The position numbers and the translations under genes are program-made. The notes beneath the pieces are model-generated. The model did not search any database, had not been told where the DNA came from, and saw only the letters and a list, made by a program, of their open reading frames with translations. This document shows positions 32,348-40,300 of a stretch of DNA of 64,000 nt, in pieces (within the stretch, counting starts at the first letter, position 1; each line of letters begins with the position of its first letter). The stretch is taken from positions 937-64,936 of the forward strand of contig CABWYS010000003.1 in NCBI GenBank assembly GCA_902509555.1, given 5' to 3'. The stretch is from an uncultured SAR86 cluster bacterium. Its GTDB lineage: Bacteria > Pseudomonadota > Gammaproteobacteria > Magnimaribacterales > D2472.

Positions 32348-33487
32348 ATGAAATTAATACTTACAGAAGAACAACAGTTTTTAAAAGATACTGCTCAAAG
32401 TTTTGCTAGAGATAAAACTCCCGTGACTCATTTCAGAGAGTTGCGAGATAACAAAAACAGCCAATGCTGGGATGAGTCAGTGTGGAAGGAAATGGTTGGG
32501 CTAGGCTGGTCTGGGATTCTGGTTCCAGAGCAGTTTGGTGGTTCAGAATTTGGTATGGCTGGTATCAGTGTAATCATGCAGGAATTAGGTAAAACCCTTA
32601 CACCCTCTCCCATATTATCAACATCCGTTCTTGGCGTTTCAGCCATCAATATGCTTGGCTCAGATGAGCAAAAAGAGAATTATCTACCAAAAATAGTAGC
32701 CGGCGAATTAACAACAGCTTTAGCAATTGACGAAGGCAATCACCATGATCCTTTTGCCATTGACGCCACTGCAGTTCTTGATGGAGATAAGTGGGTATTG
32801 AATGGAAAAAAAGTATTTGTTGTGGATGGCGCAAGTGCAGGTAGTATTTTGTTGGTTGCCCGAACCTCTGGTAAATCAGGAGAATCAAATGGAATTTCTG
32901 TATTTGTTGCTAACAAAGATAGTGCTGGATTGGATATAACCAAGATATCAACAGCTGATTCTAGAAATTATGCAAACATTGAAATGTCTGATCTTACATT
33001 AGAACAAAATGCTTTATTGGGTGAGAAAGACTTAGCTGGTGAAACCCTTGAGAAAATTCTTGATTTGGGTCGCATTGCTATTTCAGCAGAGATGTTAGGA
33101 AACACCGAAGAAGCTTTCGAAGTTACGGTTAATTATCTTAAAGAGAGAAAACAGTTTGGTGTGCAAATTGGATCCTTCCAGGCCCTTCAACACAGAGCTG
33201 CAAAAATGTTCTGTGAAATTGAATTAACTAAATCAGCAGTGATTGCTGCAATGCACGCTGCAGATGAAAATTCAAATGAACTAGAAAGACTTTCTAGTCT
33301 AGCTAAGTTTCAAGCCGGAGAAACACTCCATCTAGTAAGCAATGAAGCAATCCAAATGCATGGTGGGATAGGTGTAACTGATGAATATGATATTGGTTTC
33401 TACCTCAAAAGAGCGCGGGTTGCTGAACAGATCTTTGGAACTTCAGAGTTTCATCAGTCAAGGTATGCAGATATAAGCGGTTTCTGA
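32348..33487 (+). CDS. Acyl-CoA dehydrogenase family protein (smaller member of pair, degenerate C-terminal motif)
   Basis: 379 aa with ACAD fold features (ERKQFGVQIGSFQALQHR). The C-terminal motif reads QIFGTSEFH, with Phe where classical ACADs have the catalytic Glu. Confidence 0.8.
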   Translation: MKLILTEEQQFLKDTAQSFARDKTPVTHFRELRDNKNSQCWDESVWKEMVGLGWSGILVPEQFGGSEFGMAGISVIMQELGKTLTPSPILSTSVLGVSAINMLGSDEQKENYLPKIVAGELTTALAIDEGNHHDPFAIDATAVLDGDKWVLNGKKVFVVDGASAGSILLVARTSGKSGESNGISVFVANKDSAGLDITKISTADSRNYANIEMSDLTLEQNALLGEKDLAGETLEKILDLGRIAISAEMLGNTEEAFEVTVNYLKERKQFGVQIGSFQALQHRAAKMFCEIELTKSAVIAAMHAADENSNELERLSSLAKFQAGETLHLVSNEAIQMHGGIGVTDEYDIGFYLKRARVAEQIFGTSEFHQSRYADISGF

Positions 33488-34266
33488 TGCCTTCAATTAA
33501 AACCTTGCTCGAGACAATGCGCATGCTTCGAGATAAGGACAGTGGATGCCCATGGGATATTGAGCAGACTCTTGAATCTCTCTCTCCTTGCGTTGTTGAA
33601 GAAGCGTATGAGGTCTCTGATGCTATAGCTAAAAAAGATTACGAAAATCTTAAAGAAGAGCTTGGAGATGTCTTTCTTCAAGTGATATTTCAAGCAGAAA
33701 TAGCCAATGAATTAAAGTTATTTAACTTTGATGAGATAGTCGATACCTTAAATAAAAAATTGATTAGAAGACATCCACATGTCTTTAAAGATGCTCCAAA
33801 ACCTCTTTCAGCTCAAGAGCAAACTCAAGCATGGGATGAAATAAAAGTACAAGAAAAAAAACCAAAGGATACTCGCGGTAGTTTTGATGATATACCCACA
33901 TCATTACCTCCAATTTTAAAAGCAAAAAAAATACAAAAAAAAGCTAGCAAAAAAGGTTTTGACTGGAAAGACAGCATCGGCGTTATTGAAAAAGTTGAAG
34001 AAGAGCTAAAAGAGCTAAAGCTTGAGATTCAAAAAAATAATAAAGAAAATATTAAAGATGAATTGGGAGATTTGTTATTTTCTATTGTCAACCTAAGCCG
34101 ACATTTAGAGATAGACGCAAGCGAAGCGATCAATCAAGCCAATCACAAATTTGTAAAGCGCTTTAGATTGATGGAAGAAGAGATTGCTAAAGATAATCAG
34201 GAAATAGACAATCTAACCTCAGAGGAGCTTGAAGAATTTTGGGTTAAAATAAAGTCTCATGAGTAA
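33487..34266 (+). CDS. mazG: Nucleoside triphosphate pyrophosphohydrolase MazG
   Basis: 259 aa. Two MazG repeats (EEAYEVSDAI...ELGDVFLQV and EELKELK...ELGDLLFSIVNL). The ATG shares 1 nt with the upstream TGA. Confidence 0.88.
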   Translation: MPSIKTLLETMRMLRDKDSGCPWDIEQTLESLSPCVVEEAYEVSDAIAKKDYENLKEELGDVFLQVIFQAEIANELKLFNFDEIVDTLNKKLIRRHPHVFKDAPKPLSAQEQTQAWDEIKVQEKKPKDTRGSFDDIPTSLPPILKAKKIQKKASKKGFDWKDSIGVIEKVEEELKELKLEIQKNNKENIKDELGDLLFSIVNLSRHLEIDASEAINQANHKFVKRFRLMEEEIAKDNQEIDNLTSEELEEFWVKIKSHE

Positions 34267-35140
34267 AGTTAGAAGATTTTTTATAGGTATTCTCACCTTT
34301 TTTGCAATTTTTGTTATTCTGAGTTTTGCAGTAATACTCTTAACAATTGTAAATATCCCCAGAATTATTCCGAATAAAAACTTAAAGGTTTCATTGGGCT
34401 CACTCTCAAATAAGATGGGTAGCACAACTGTCGCTAGCATTACTTCAGCCCTGAGAATATTGCATAAACTTGAATGGGACTTCCAAATACCCGAGGATGT
34501 AGATACTGATACTTGGTACCTTGCTATAAGCAATCACCAGTCATGGGCTGATATATTTATTTTATTGGCTGCAGGGCATAAAAAAATGCCCCTTCTAAAG
34601 TTTTTTATGAAAAAGGAATTGCGATGGATACCAATCATTTACCTGGTTCATAAAACAGTAGATATGCCTTTTCTAAATAGACATTCAAGGGCTCAAATTC
34701 AAGCAAATCCAGAATTAAAAAAAGTTGATTTTGAAAATGCAAAAAAAGCCGCGAAAAGATTCTCTCGAAATCCCTCTACAGCATTTAGCTTTGCTGAAGG
34801 AACTAGATTCAATCTCCAAAAGCATGCTGAACAGGAATCCCCATACTCTAATTTATTAAAACCAAAAGTAGGAGCTCTTGCGGTTGCATTGTCAGGAATG
34901 CCCCAAGTCAACACATTGGTTGATTTTACAGTGGTGTATGCAACTGAAAAAAGATCGACATGGGACTTCCTGTGCGGCGACTTGTGCAAAGCAAAGGTTG
35001 CAGCAAAGACATATGCTTTGCCTGACAAACTTAAAAATAGATCCTTCGAGGAAGAAGATGATTACAGAAGAAGCTTCCAAACATTTATTGATGAAATTTG
35101 GTTAGAAAAAGAGCAGTCGATAAAAGATCTAAAGTTCTAA
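34259..35140 (+). CDS. PlsC/YihG-like lysophospholipid acyltransferase
   Basis: 293 aa. N-terminal TM, HX4D motif (NHQSWADI) and FAEGTR motif. Its stop codon lies inside the octamer repeat. Confidence 0.75.
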   Translation: MSKVRRFFIGILTFFAIFVILSFAVILLTIVNIPRIIPNKNLKVSLGSLSNKMGSTTVASITSALRILHKLEWDFQIPEDVDTDTWYLAISNHQSWADIFILLAAGHKKMPLLKFFMKKELRWIPIIYLVHKTVDMPFLNRHSRAQIQANPELKKVDFENAKKAAKRFSRNPSTAFSFAEGTRFNLQKHAEQESPYSNLLKPKVGALAVALSGMPQVNTLVDFTVVYATEKRSTWDFLCGDLCKAKVAAKTYALPDKLKNRSFEEEDDYRRSFQTFIDEIWLEKEQSIKDLKF

Positions 35141-35228
35141 AGTTCTAAAGTTCTAAAGTGCTAAAGTGCTAAAGTTCTAAAGTTCTAAAGTTCTAAAGTT
35201 CTAAAGTTCTAAAGTTCTAAAGTTCTAG
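35129..35228. repeat. Octanucleotide tandem repeat (CTAAAGTT)x12 plus a partial unit; units 4-5 are CTAAAGTG
   Basis: Read directly: twelve head-to-tail 8-nt units over 35129-35224, then CTAG. Spans the whole spacer between two convergent genes and contains both stop codons. Confidence 0.97.
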
Positions 35229-35696
35229 CTTATTATCAGCGACTAACCAGCCATTTTGATCAATGTAAATCCATTTCCCAGAAGTCATAACTACGCTTCC
35301 AAAGGAAATTAAAACATCTTCAAAACCATGATTTTTTTTATTTGTTTTTTGGGCAATAGAACCTTTTGCAAAGATACCTATAGGAAGATTCTTCAGCTCC
35401 TCTACATCTCTAACGCAACCATTGATCACAATACCTGCCCAATTATTTTTTACTGCAGATTCTGCAATCTGATCTCCAATCATTGAAGCATGAGATACAC
35501 CTGCGGCATCAACAATCAACACTCTATTTTTACCATCTGTGCTTAATATTTTTTTTACTATTGAGTTATCATCAGCGCAACTAACTGTATATACTGCTCC
35601 GAAAACCTGATTTTTGCCTCCAAAAGATTCCAGTTTAATTTTGCCAATTTGAATATACTTTTGATAGCGATCAGAGATATCAGGCAAGTTAATCAT
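35217..35696 (-). CDS. rraA: RraA family protein (RNase E regulator / HMG-aldolase-like fold)
   Basis: 159 aa, colinear with E. coli RraA as I recall it (FGG...V.C..DN...L...G.G.VLVVD, GCVRDV..L..L.IG). The ATG overlaps the upstream stop (ATGATTAA). Confidence 0.8.
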   Translation of the reverse strand: MINLPDISDRYQKYIQIGKIKLESFGGKNQVFGAVYTVSCADDNSIVKKILSTDGKNRVLIVDAAGVSHASMIGDQIAESAVKNNWAGIVINGCVRDVEELKNLPIGIFAKGSIAQKTNKKNHGFEDVLISFGSVVMTSGKWIYIDQNGWLVADNKLEL

Positions 35697-36813
35697 TTGA
35701 AAATACCGAAAGAATACTCTCCTGAATTTTATTCATATCCATTCCAAGCCACAAAGGCAATCTAACTAATTGCTTGCTAATGCGATCAGTTACCGCCATG
35801 CTGCCACTGACCCGACCATACTTAATTCCTGCTGTGGAAGCATGCAAAGGAACATAATGAAAAACACAGTCTACTCCTGCTTTTTTCATTTTTTCAATAA
35901 ATTTATTTCTCTCAAAAGAATTATTCAAAATTATGAAATACATATGACCATTTCCCTTGCAATCTGCCGGAATAACTGGAGTGTCTAATAATTGGCGTTG
36001 ATGAAGCTGAGAAAAAAATTGATCATAGCTTTTCCATAATTCTTTTCGCTGTAAGGTTATATCCTCTGCATTTTGAAGTTGCGCCCATAAAAAAGCTGCA
36101 ATAATCTCTCCTGGTAAATAAGAAGAGCCAATATCCACCCAAGAGTACTTATCAACTTTTCTACTTAGGAATTGTTCTCGATTTGTACCCTTTTCTCTAA
36201 TTATTGCAGCTCTATCTGAAAGAGCTGCATTATTAACTAATAAAGCTCCTCCTTCTCCGGAAATAACATTCTTAGTCTCATGAAAGCTGTAACATCCTAA
36301 ATCCCCAATGGAACCTACCTGTCTACTCTTATACTCTGAATAAATACCCTGAGCAGCATCCTCAATAACTAAAATTTTATTCCTTTTAGCTATATCTATA
36401 ATTGCGTCCATTTCGCAAGAAACACCAGCATAGTGAACTACGACAATTGCTTTTGTTTTTGAGGTTATTGCTTGAGAAATAAGGTTTTCATTTATATTTA
36501 ATGTATCCTCCCGAATATCAACAAATACTGGAACACCACCTCTTAAAACAAACGGATTTGCTGATGAAACAAATGTATATGAAGGCATAATCACTTCATC
36601 TCCAGGCTGAATATCTGCTAAAATTGCTGTCATTTCAATTGCAGCTGTGCATGAATGTGTAAGAAATGCTCGGTCGGTTCCAGTCTTTTTTTTCAGCCAA
36701 TCGCTACAAAGTTTTGTGTAATAGCCGTCCCCGGATAGTTGCGACCTATTATGAGCATCTTGGATATATTCCAATTCCTGGCCTGTAAGGTAGGGCTTAT
36801 TAAAACCTATCAT
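35689..36813 (-). CDS. DegT/WecE-type PLP-dependent sugar aminotransferase (dTDP-4-keto-6-deoxyhexose transaminase-like)
   Basis: 374 aa. N-terminus MIGFNKPYLTGQELEYIQDA...LSGDGYYTKLCSDWL parallels E. coli WecE. The HETKN segment contains the candidate PLP lysine. Confidence 0.8.
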   Translation of the reverse strand: MIGFNKPYLTGQELEYIQDAHNRSQLSGDGYYTKLCSDWLKKKTGTDRAFLTHSCTAAIEMTAILADIQPGDEVIMPSYTFVSSANPFVLRGGVPVFVDIREDTLNINENLISQAITSKTKAIVVVHYAGVSCEMDAIIDIAKRNKILVIEDAAQGIYSEYKSRQVGSIGDLGCYSFHETKNVISGEGGALLVNNAALSDRAAIIREKGTNREQFLSRKVDKYSWVDIGSSYLPGEIIAAFLWAQLQNAEDITLQRKELWKSYDQFFSQLHQRQLLDTPVIPADCKGNGHMYFIILNNSFERNKFIEKMKKAGVDCVFHYVPLHASTAGIKYGRVSGSMAVTDRISKQLVRLPLWLGMDMNKIQESILSVFSND

Positions 36814-37553
36814 TTGGCAACATATAAATTAGAAAATAAGGCAATCCTGCCCTTGTTAGAATTCCAGTCAATTACTTTACTGGGATCAATATCCTCAACA
36901 CCATGTTTAAGAGATCCATCAAATATAACAATTGATCCTTTACTATGCTCATCTTCAAAAAAAATTTTTTCATTGCTTCTGTTAATAATAAATCCGCCCC
37001 CATCATCAAAATCATCTTTTCTACTGGAGAGCAGAACAGCAACTTGAACAAATGGAATATTGGATTCGCTTAAAATGGAAGGAAAGTGAGTATCTGCGTG
37101 CTCAGACATATGCCCACCACCGCATGGATAATGATGTACTCTAGATGCATTCCAATAAGTTCCTTGATGAAAATTAAAGCCAAAACCAAAATCTTTATTC
37201 ATATTAGTTAGTTTATTCCTGAGAATAACTGAGATTTTTATACAATGACTTAGGTTCTGAAAATTTTTCTGATTGTTAATTGGTAAATAAGTTGTTTGAA
37301 GAACTTGTGAGTATTTTTCACCAACTCCATTTCCTGATCCAACAGCTGTTTTTCTCCAAGGATTCTCCAAAATATCCTCAGGCAAAAAAGATTCAGCCTG
37401 AGCATGAAGATAATTTTGGTGAATGGATTGAAAGTATTCAACCCTTGCGTTCTCAATAATTTCATGAGGTATAATATTTTTAAGAATGCAATATCCATCA
37501 ACTTTGAGACATTCTTTTATATTAGCTAAATCTGCTTTATTAAAATCAAACAT
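36810..37553 (-). CDS. 2OG-Fe(II) oxygenase superfamily protein (P4H-like)
   Basis: 247 aa. HxD in MSEHADTH, distal His in SLKHGVEDI, Arg in KGRIALFSNLY. Confidence 0.6.
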   Translation of the reverse strand: MFDFNKADLANIKECLKVDGYCILKNIIPHEIIENARVEYFQSIHQNYLHAQAESFLPEDILENPWRKTAVGSGNGVGEKYSQVLQTTYLPINNQKNFQNLSHCIKISVILRNKLTNMNKDFGFGFNFHQGTYWNASRVHHYPCGGGHMSEHADTHFPSILSESNIPFVQVAVLLSSRKDDFDDGGGFIINRSNEKIFFEDEHSKGSIVIFDGSLKHGVEDIDPSKVIDWNSNKGRIALFSNLYVAK

Positions 37554-37666
37554 ATTTTAAATAATCATATTTTTTATTAAAAATCTTTTTTAAGCAGAGC
37601 ATGTTAATTATTAAATAAATATAATTCGTTATGGGAAATAATTTAACAAGCATCTACCTTAAGAAA

Positions 37667-38065
37667 CTATACATAAACATACTTTTTTTGCATTATAAAT
37701 GAATAAATAGCAAGAAGAATTACAGCTATCCCCTGTCCTAAATAAGATGGAATAAAGAATAAATTTTCAGCAATAAATAAAATAAAAATATTTAAAACAT
37801 ACATACTGAAATATATTGATAGAAAAATAATCTTTTGCTTTTTTTGGGGGCTGCTTTTTCGAAAAGTATGATTTTTGTTAAGAACATAAGATGTTGAGAT
37901 TGATAGCGGATATAAAAAACTTACAGCGAGATATGGAGAAAATTCTAATAAAATGGTCAAAGTTAGAAAAAGTGAATAGCCAATAAGGTTTGTGAGCATT
38001 CCAATAGCACCAAATCGTATAAGTTGATCTACATGAAAGTTGCGGGGAATTAACTTATTTCTCAT
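37667..38065 (-). CDS. GtrA-family small membrane protein (candidate polyprenyl-phosphate-sugar flippase)
   Basis: 132 aa, four hydrophobic helices. N-terminal RFGAIGMLTNLIGYSLF is typical of GtrA-like proteins. Confidence 0.7.
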   Translation of the reverse strand: MRNKLIPRNFHVDQLIRFGAIGMLTNLIGYSLFLTLTILLEFSPYLAVSFLYPLSISTSYVLNKNHTFRKSSPQKKQKIIFLSIYFSMYVLNIFILFIAENLFFIPSYLGQGIAVILLAIYSFIMQKKYVYV

Positions 38066-38984
38066 ATATAAGCTGAGCTAATCCGAAGCCTGTTTTACCG
38101 AATCCATTCCCATTATAAAGCATATACTTTTTTTTCTTATGGATAAAAACATAGGGATACTCAATCATTTCAGAATCCCATCCGCTATTTGAAATGTTAA
38201 GTAAGTCAGGGGTCTCAGACTGAGACCATTTTTCTCCATCAGCACTTTCAGCAAGTCTAATCCTGTATGAATCCCCATTCCCAGATCGATATGAAAACCA
38301 CATTTCATAATCTCCTGACTCATTAAAGGAAATAGATGGTCTTGACATCATCTGAAGTTTTTGATTTTGAAAAGATAACGCCAAGCCATCTTTCTTCCAT
38401 AACAAACCATCGTTTGAATGAGCCTTATGTATAGCATGAATCATCTTGCTATTTTTTTTATCATGGCCAATTGTGGATCCATACCATGCTAAAAAATTAG
38501 AAGATCTAGTTTCAAGAATCCATGGATAAGACAAGCTTATTGGGTCGATATCAGTATCAGTTTGAATTATTGGTTTGGGTGACACCTTATCAAGGAACAA
38601 TTTATTGGTCAGTGAAAAGAAACCTATTTCGCCTTTCCAGCTCCCATCTTCCATAGTGCGCCATCCCATAAAAGATATTGCCTTCTTGTTGTTTAGTTTA
38701 AACAAATTCCCTAAGCTAATACCGTCTGAAAAATATGAGGGTGTTGAGTCATATGTAACTATTGGTTTCTTATGTATTTTCAAAATCTTTCTTTTGATAA
38801 TATCAAAGTCTAATGCGCCTACAGAAGATCGATTGTGTGAGTCCCTAGCGCTGTAAAATATTCTAAATACATCGCCATTCAGCAAAACAGGAACAGGATT
38901 TGATGCATGAGTTAGAAGTTTGCTGTGATATGACTTCTTTCTTGGATCATAAATTTGACCAAGTTTAAGAAATTTTATACTCAT
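38055..38984 (-). CDS. Beta-propeller glycosidase/phosphorylase-like protein (GH130/GH43/GH32-clan-like)
   Basis: 309 aa and soluble. Repeated W/Y-rich blade-like segments (FRIFYSARD, FLAWYGST, YEMWFSYRS, YMLYNGNG...GFGLAQL). The call is by resemblance only. Confidence 0.45.
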   Translation of the reverse strand: MSIKFLKLGQIYDPRKKSYHSKLLTHASNPVPVLLNGDVFRIFYSARDSHNRSSVGALDFDIIKRKILKIHKKPIVTYDSTPSYFSDGISLGNLFKLNNKKAISFMGWRTMEDGSWKGEIGFFSLTNKLFLDKVSPKPIIQTDTDIDPISLSYPWILETRSSNFLAWYGSTIGHDKKNSKMIHAIHKAHSNDGLLWKKDGLALSFQNQKLQMMSRPSISFNESGDYEMWFSYRSGNGDSYRIRLAESADGEKWSQSETPDLLNISNSGWDSEMIEYPYVFIHKKKKYMLYNGNGFGKTGFGLAQLIYEK

Positions 38985-39655
38985 ATTTTTTTTATTTTAG
39001 AGCTACCTTCTTTGGAATTCTTGCTAGCGAGGCCCTTGATTAAACTATTTGCATGCTGATCATGCAAAACAAGTGCGCCAGCACCAACAATAGTTTTATT
39101 ACCTATTGTTATATGATCTCTAATTGTAGAGTTAACCCCTAAGAAACATTGATCTCCAATTTGAACACCGCCTGAGATTACAACATGAGAAGAAACAAAT
39201 GAATGGTCACCGATGCTCGAATGATGACCAATATGATTGCCACTCCATAAAGTGACATTGTTACCAATCCTAGCAAATGGTTGAATAGTATTGTCCTCTA
39301 GAATAAAACAATTTTCACCAATGTTAAAATCATTCAACACTGTGGAATAAGAACTTACATAACTTGCAAGATTATACCCTTTGCTTTTTGCCTCTAAATA
39401 TTTAGCTTTCCTTATAGAATTTAATTCAGAATAACTGAGAGCAATAAAAAGATCATGCTCGCTAGGACTATATTTTTTTTCAATGATCTCAAAAGAATAT
39501 ACTGGCAAAGAACAAAAAGTTGTTTCAGTGATATAGTTTTGATCAATAGTGAAGCAGCAAATGTCATATTGCGAATCATTCAAAAAATAATAATGAGCAA
39601 GTTGAGCAATCTGGCCTGTGCCAAAAATAATTAATTTTTTTTTCATTTCCATCAT
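38981..39655 (-). CDS. NeuD/PglD-family hexapeptide-repeat sugar N-/O-acetyltransferase
   Basis: 224 aa. N-terminal Rossmann-like KKLIIFGTGQIAQLAHYY, then left-handed beta-helix hexapeptide repeats (IGENCFI...IGNNVTL...IGDHSFV...IGDQCFL...IGNKTIV). Confidence 0.8.
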   Translation of the reverse strand: MMEMKKKLIIFGTGQIAQLAHYYFLNDSQYDICCFTIDQNYITETTFCSLPVYSFEIIEKKYSPSEHDLFIALSYSELNSIRKAKYLEAKSKGYNLASYVSSYSTVLNDFNIGENCFILEDNTIQPFARIGNNVTLWSGNHIGHHSSIGDHSFVSSHVVISGGVQIGDQCFLGVNSTIRDHITIGNKTIVGAGALVLHDQHANSLIKGLASKNSKEGSSKIKKI

Positions 39656-39661
39656 TAAATC

Positions 39662-40300
39662 TTATTTATAAACTAAAATTGTAAATTCATATAATCCATA
39701 ATTGTGGATTAGGGATACATTATCAGAATAGTGTCTTTTGCAATGATCAAAAAGTATCAAAGGATCGGCATAATAAAGTTTGGATGATCGCTTTTCAGCA
39801 TCAGAGTAAGAGCTTAAACAATTAAAAGAAAACCCTTTTTCACTGTATTTATTAAAATCATCTAAGGTCTTATAAATATAATTTCTCCATACTGATTCCT
39901 TTGAGTTAAGCTTAATATTAAATATTCCACTAGCAACAATAAAATCTGACATGGAAGATATATTAGAGGCTTCCTTAAATTCCACCCCTTTATAATTGAG
40001 GTAGTGTTTTTGAGCTGCTTGAATCATTAAAGGGGATATATCTAATCCTAGATAGATAAAATCTTTATTTAGATTTGCCAATATATCAACCAAGATTCCA
40101 TAGCCACATCCATAATCAAGGACTGAAAAAGCTTCAAAGCCTTCTGTTATTGTTAAAAGTTGCTCATATCTTAAAATTTGACTATCGCTTTCGTTCCAAT
40201 CTACTCCTTTTGCAGTCCTGCCATATAATTTAATAGATTTTGTATAGTAATTTTGTATATCTTGAAGAAGTTTATTCTGCTGCTTAATTTCATCTTTCAT
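39662..40300 (-). CDS. Class I SAM-dependent methyltransferase
   Basis: 212 aa with motif I VLDYGCGYGILV and the following LGLDISP. Confidence 0.75.
   Translation of the reverse strand: MKDEIKQQNKLLQDIQNYYTKSIKLYGRTAKGVDWNESDSQILRYEQLLTITEGFEAFSVLDYGCGYGILVDILANLNKDFIYLGLDISPLMIQAAQKHYLNYKGVEFKEASNISSMSDFIVASGIFNIKLNSKESVWRNYIYKTLDDFNKYSEKGFSFNCLSSYSDAEKRSSKLYYADPLILFDHCKRHYSDNVSLIHNYGLYEFTILVYK

Noticed and set aside
35129-35228. Whether the repeat array could be a CRISPR array or a hairpin terminator.
   Set aside because: The units are 8 nt and directly abutting with no spacers, and no cas genes are present. Direct repeats have no inverted symmetry, so no stem-loop can form.
37554-37666. 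Small + strand ORF (from ATG about 37632) and possible RNA element in the only sizeable gap inside the glycan island.
   Set aside because: The ORF is about 24 codons, runs into the GtrA gene antisense and has no RBS. The region is simply very AT-rich and is more plausibly an internal promoter, for which I cannot define -35/-10 boxes with confidence.
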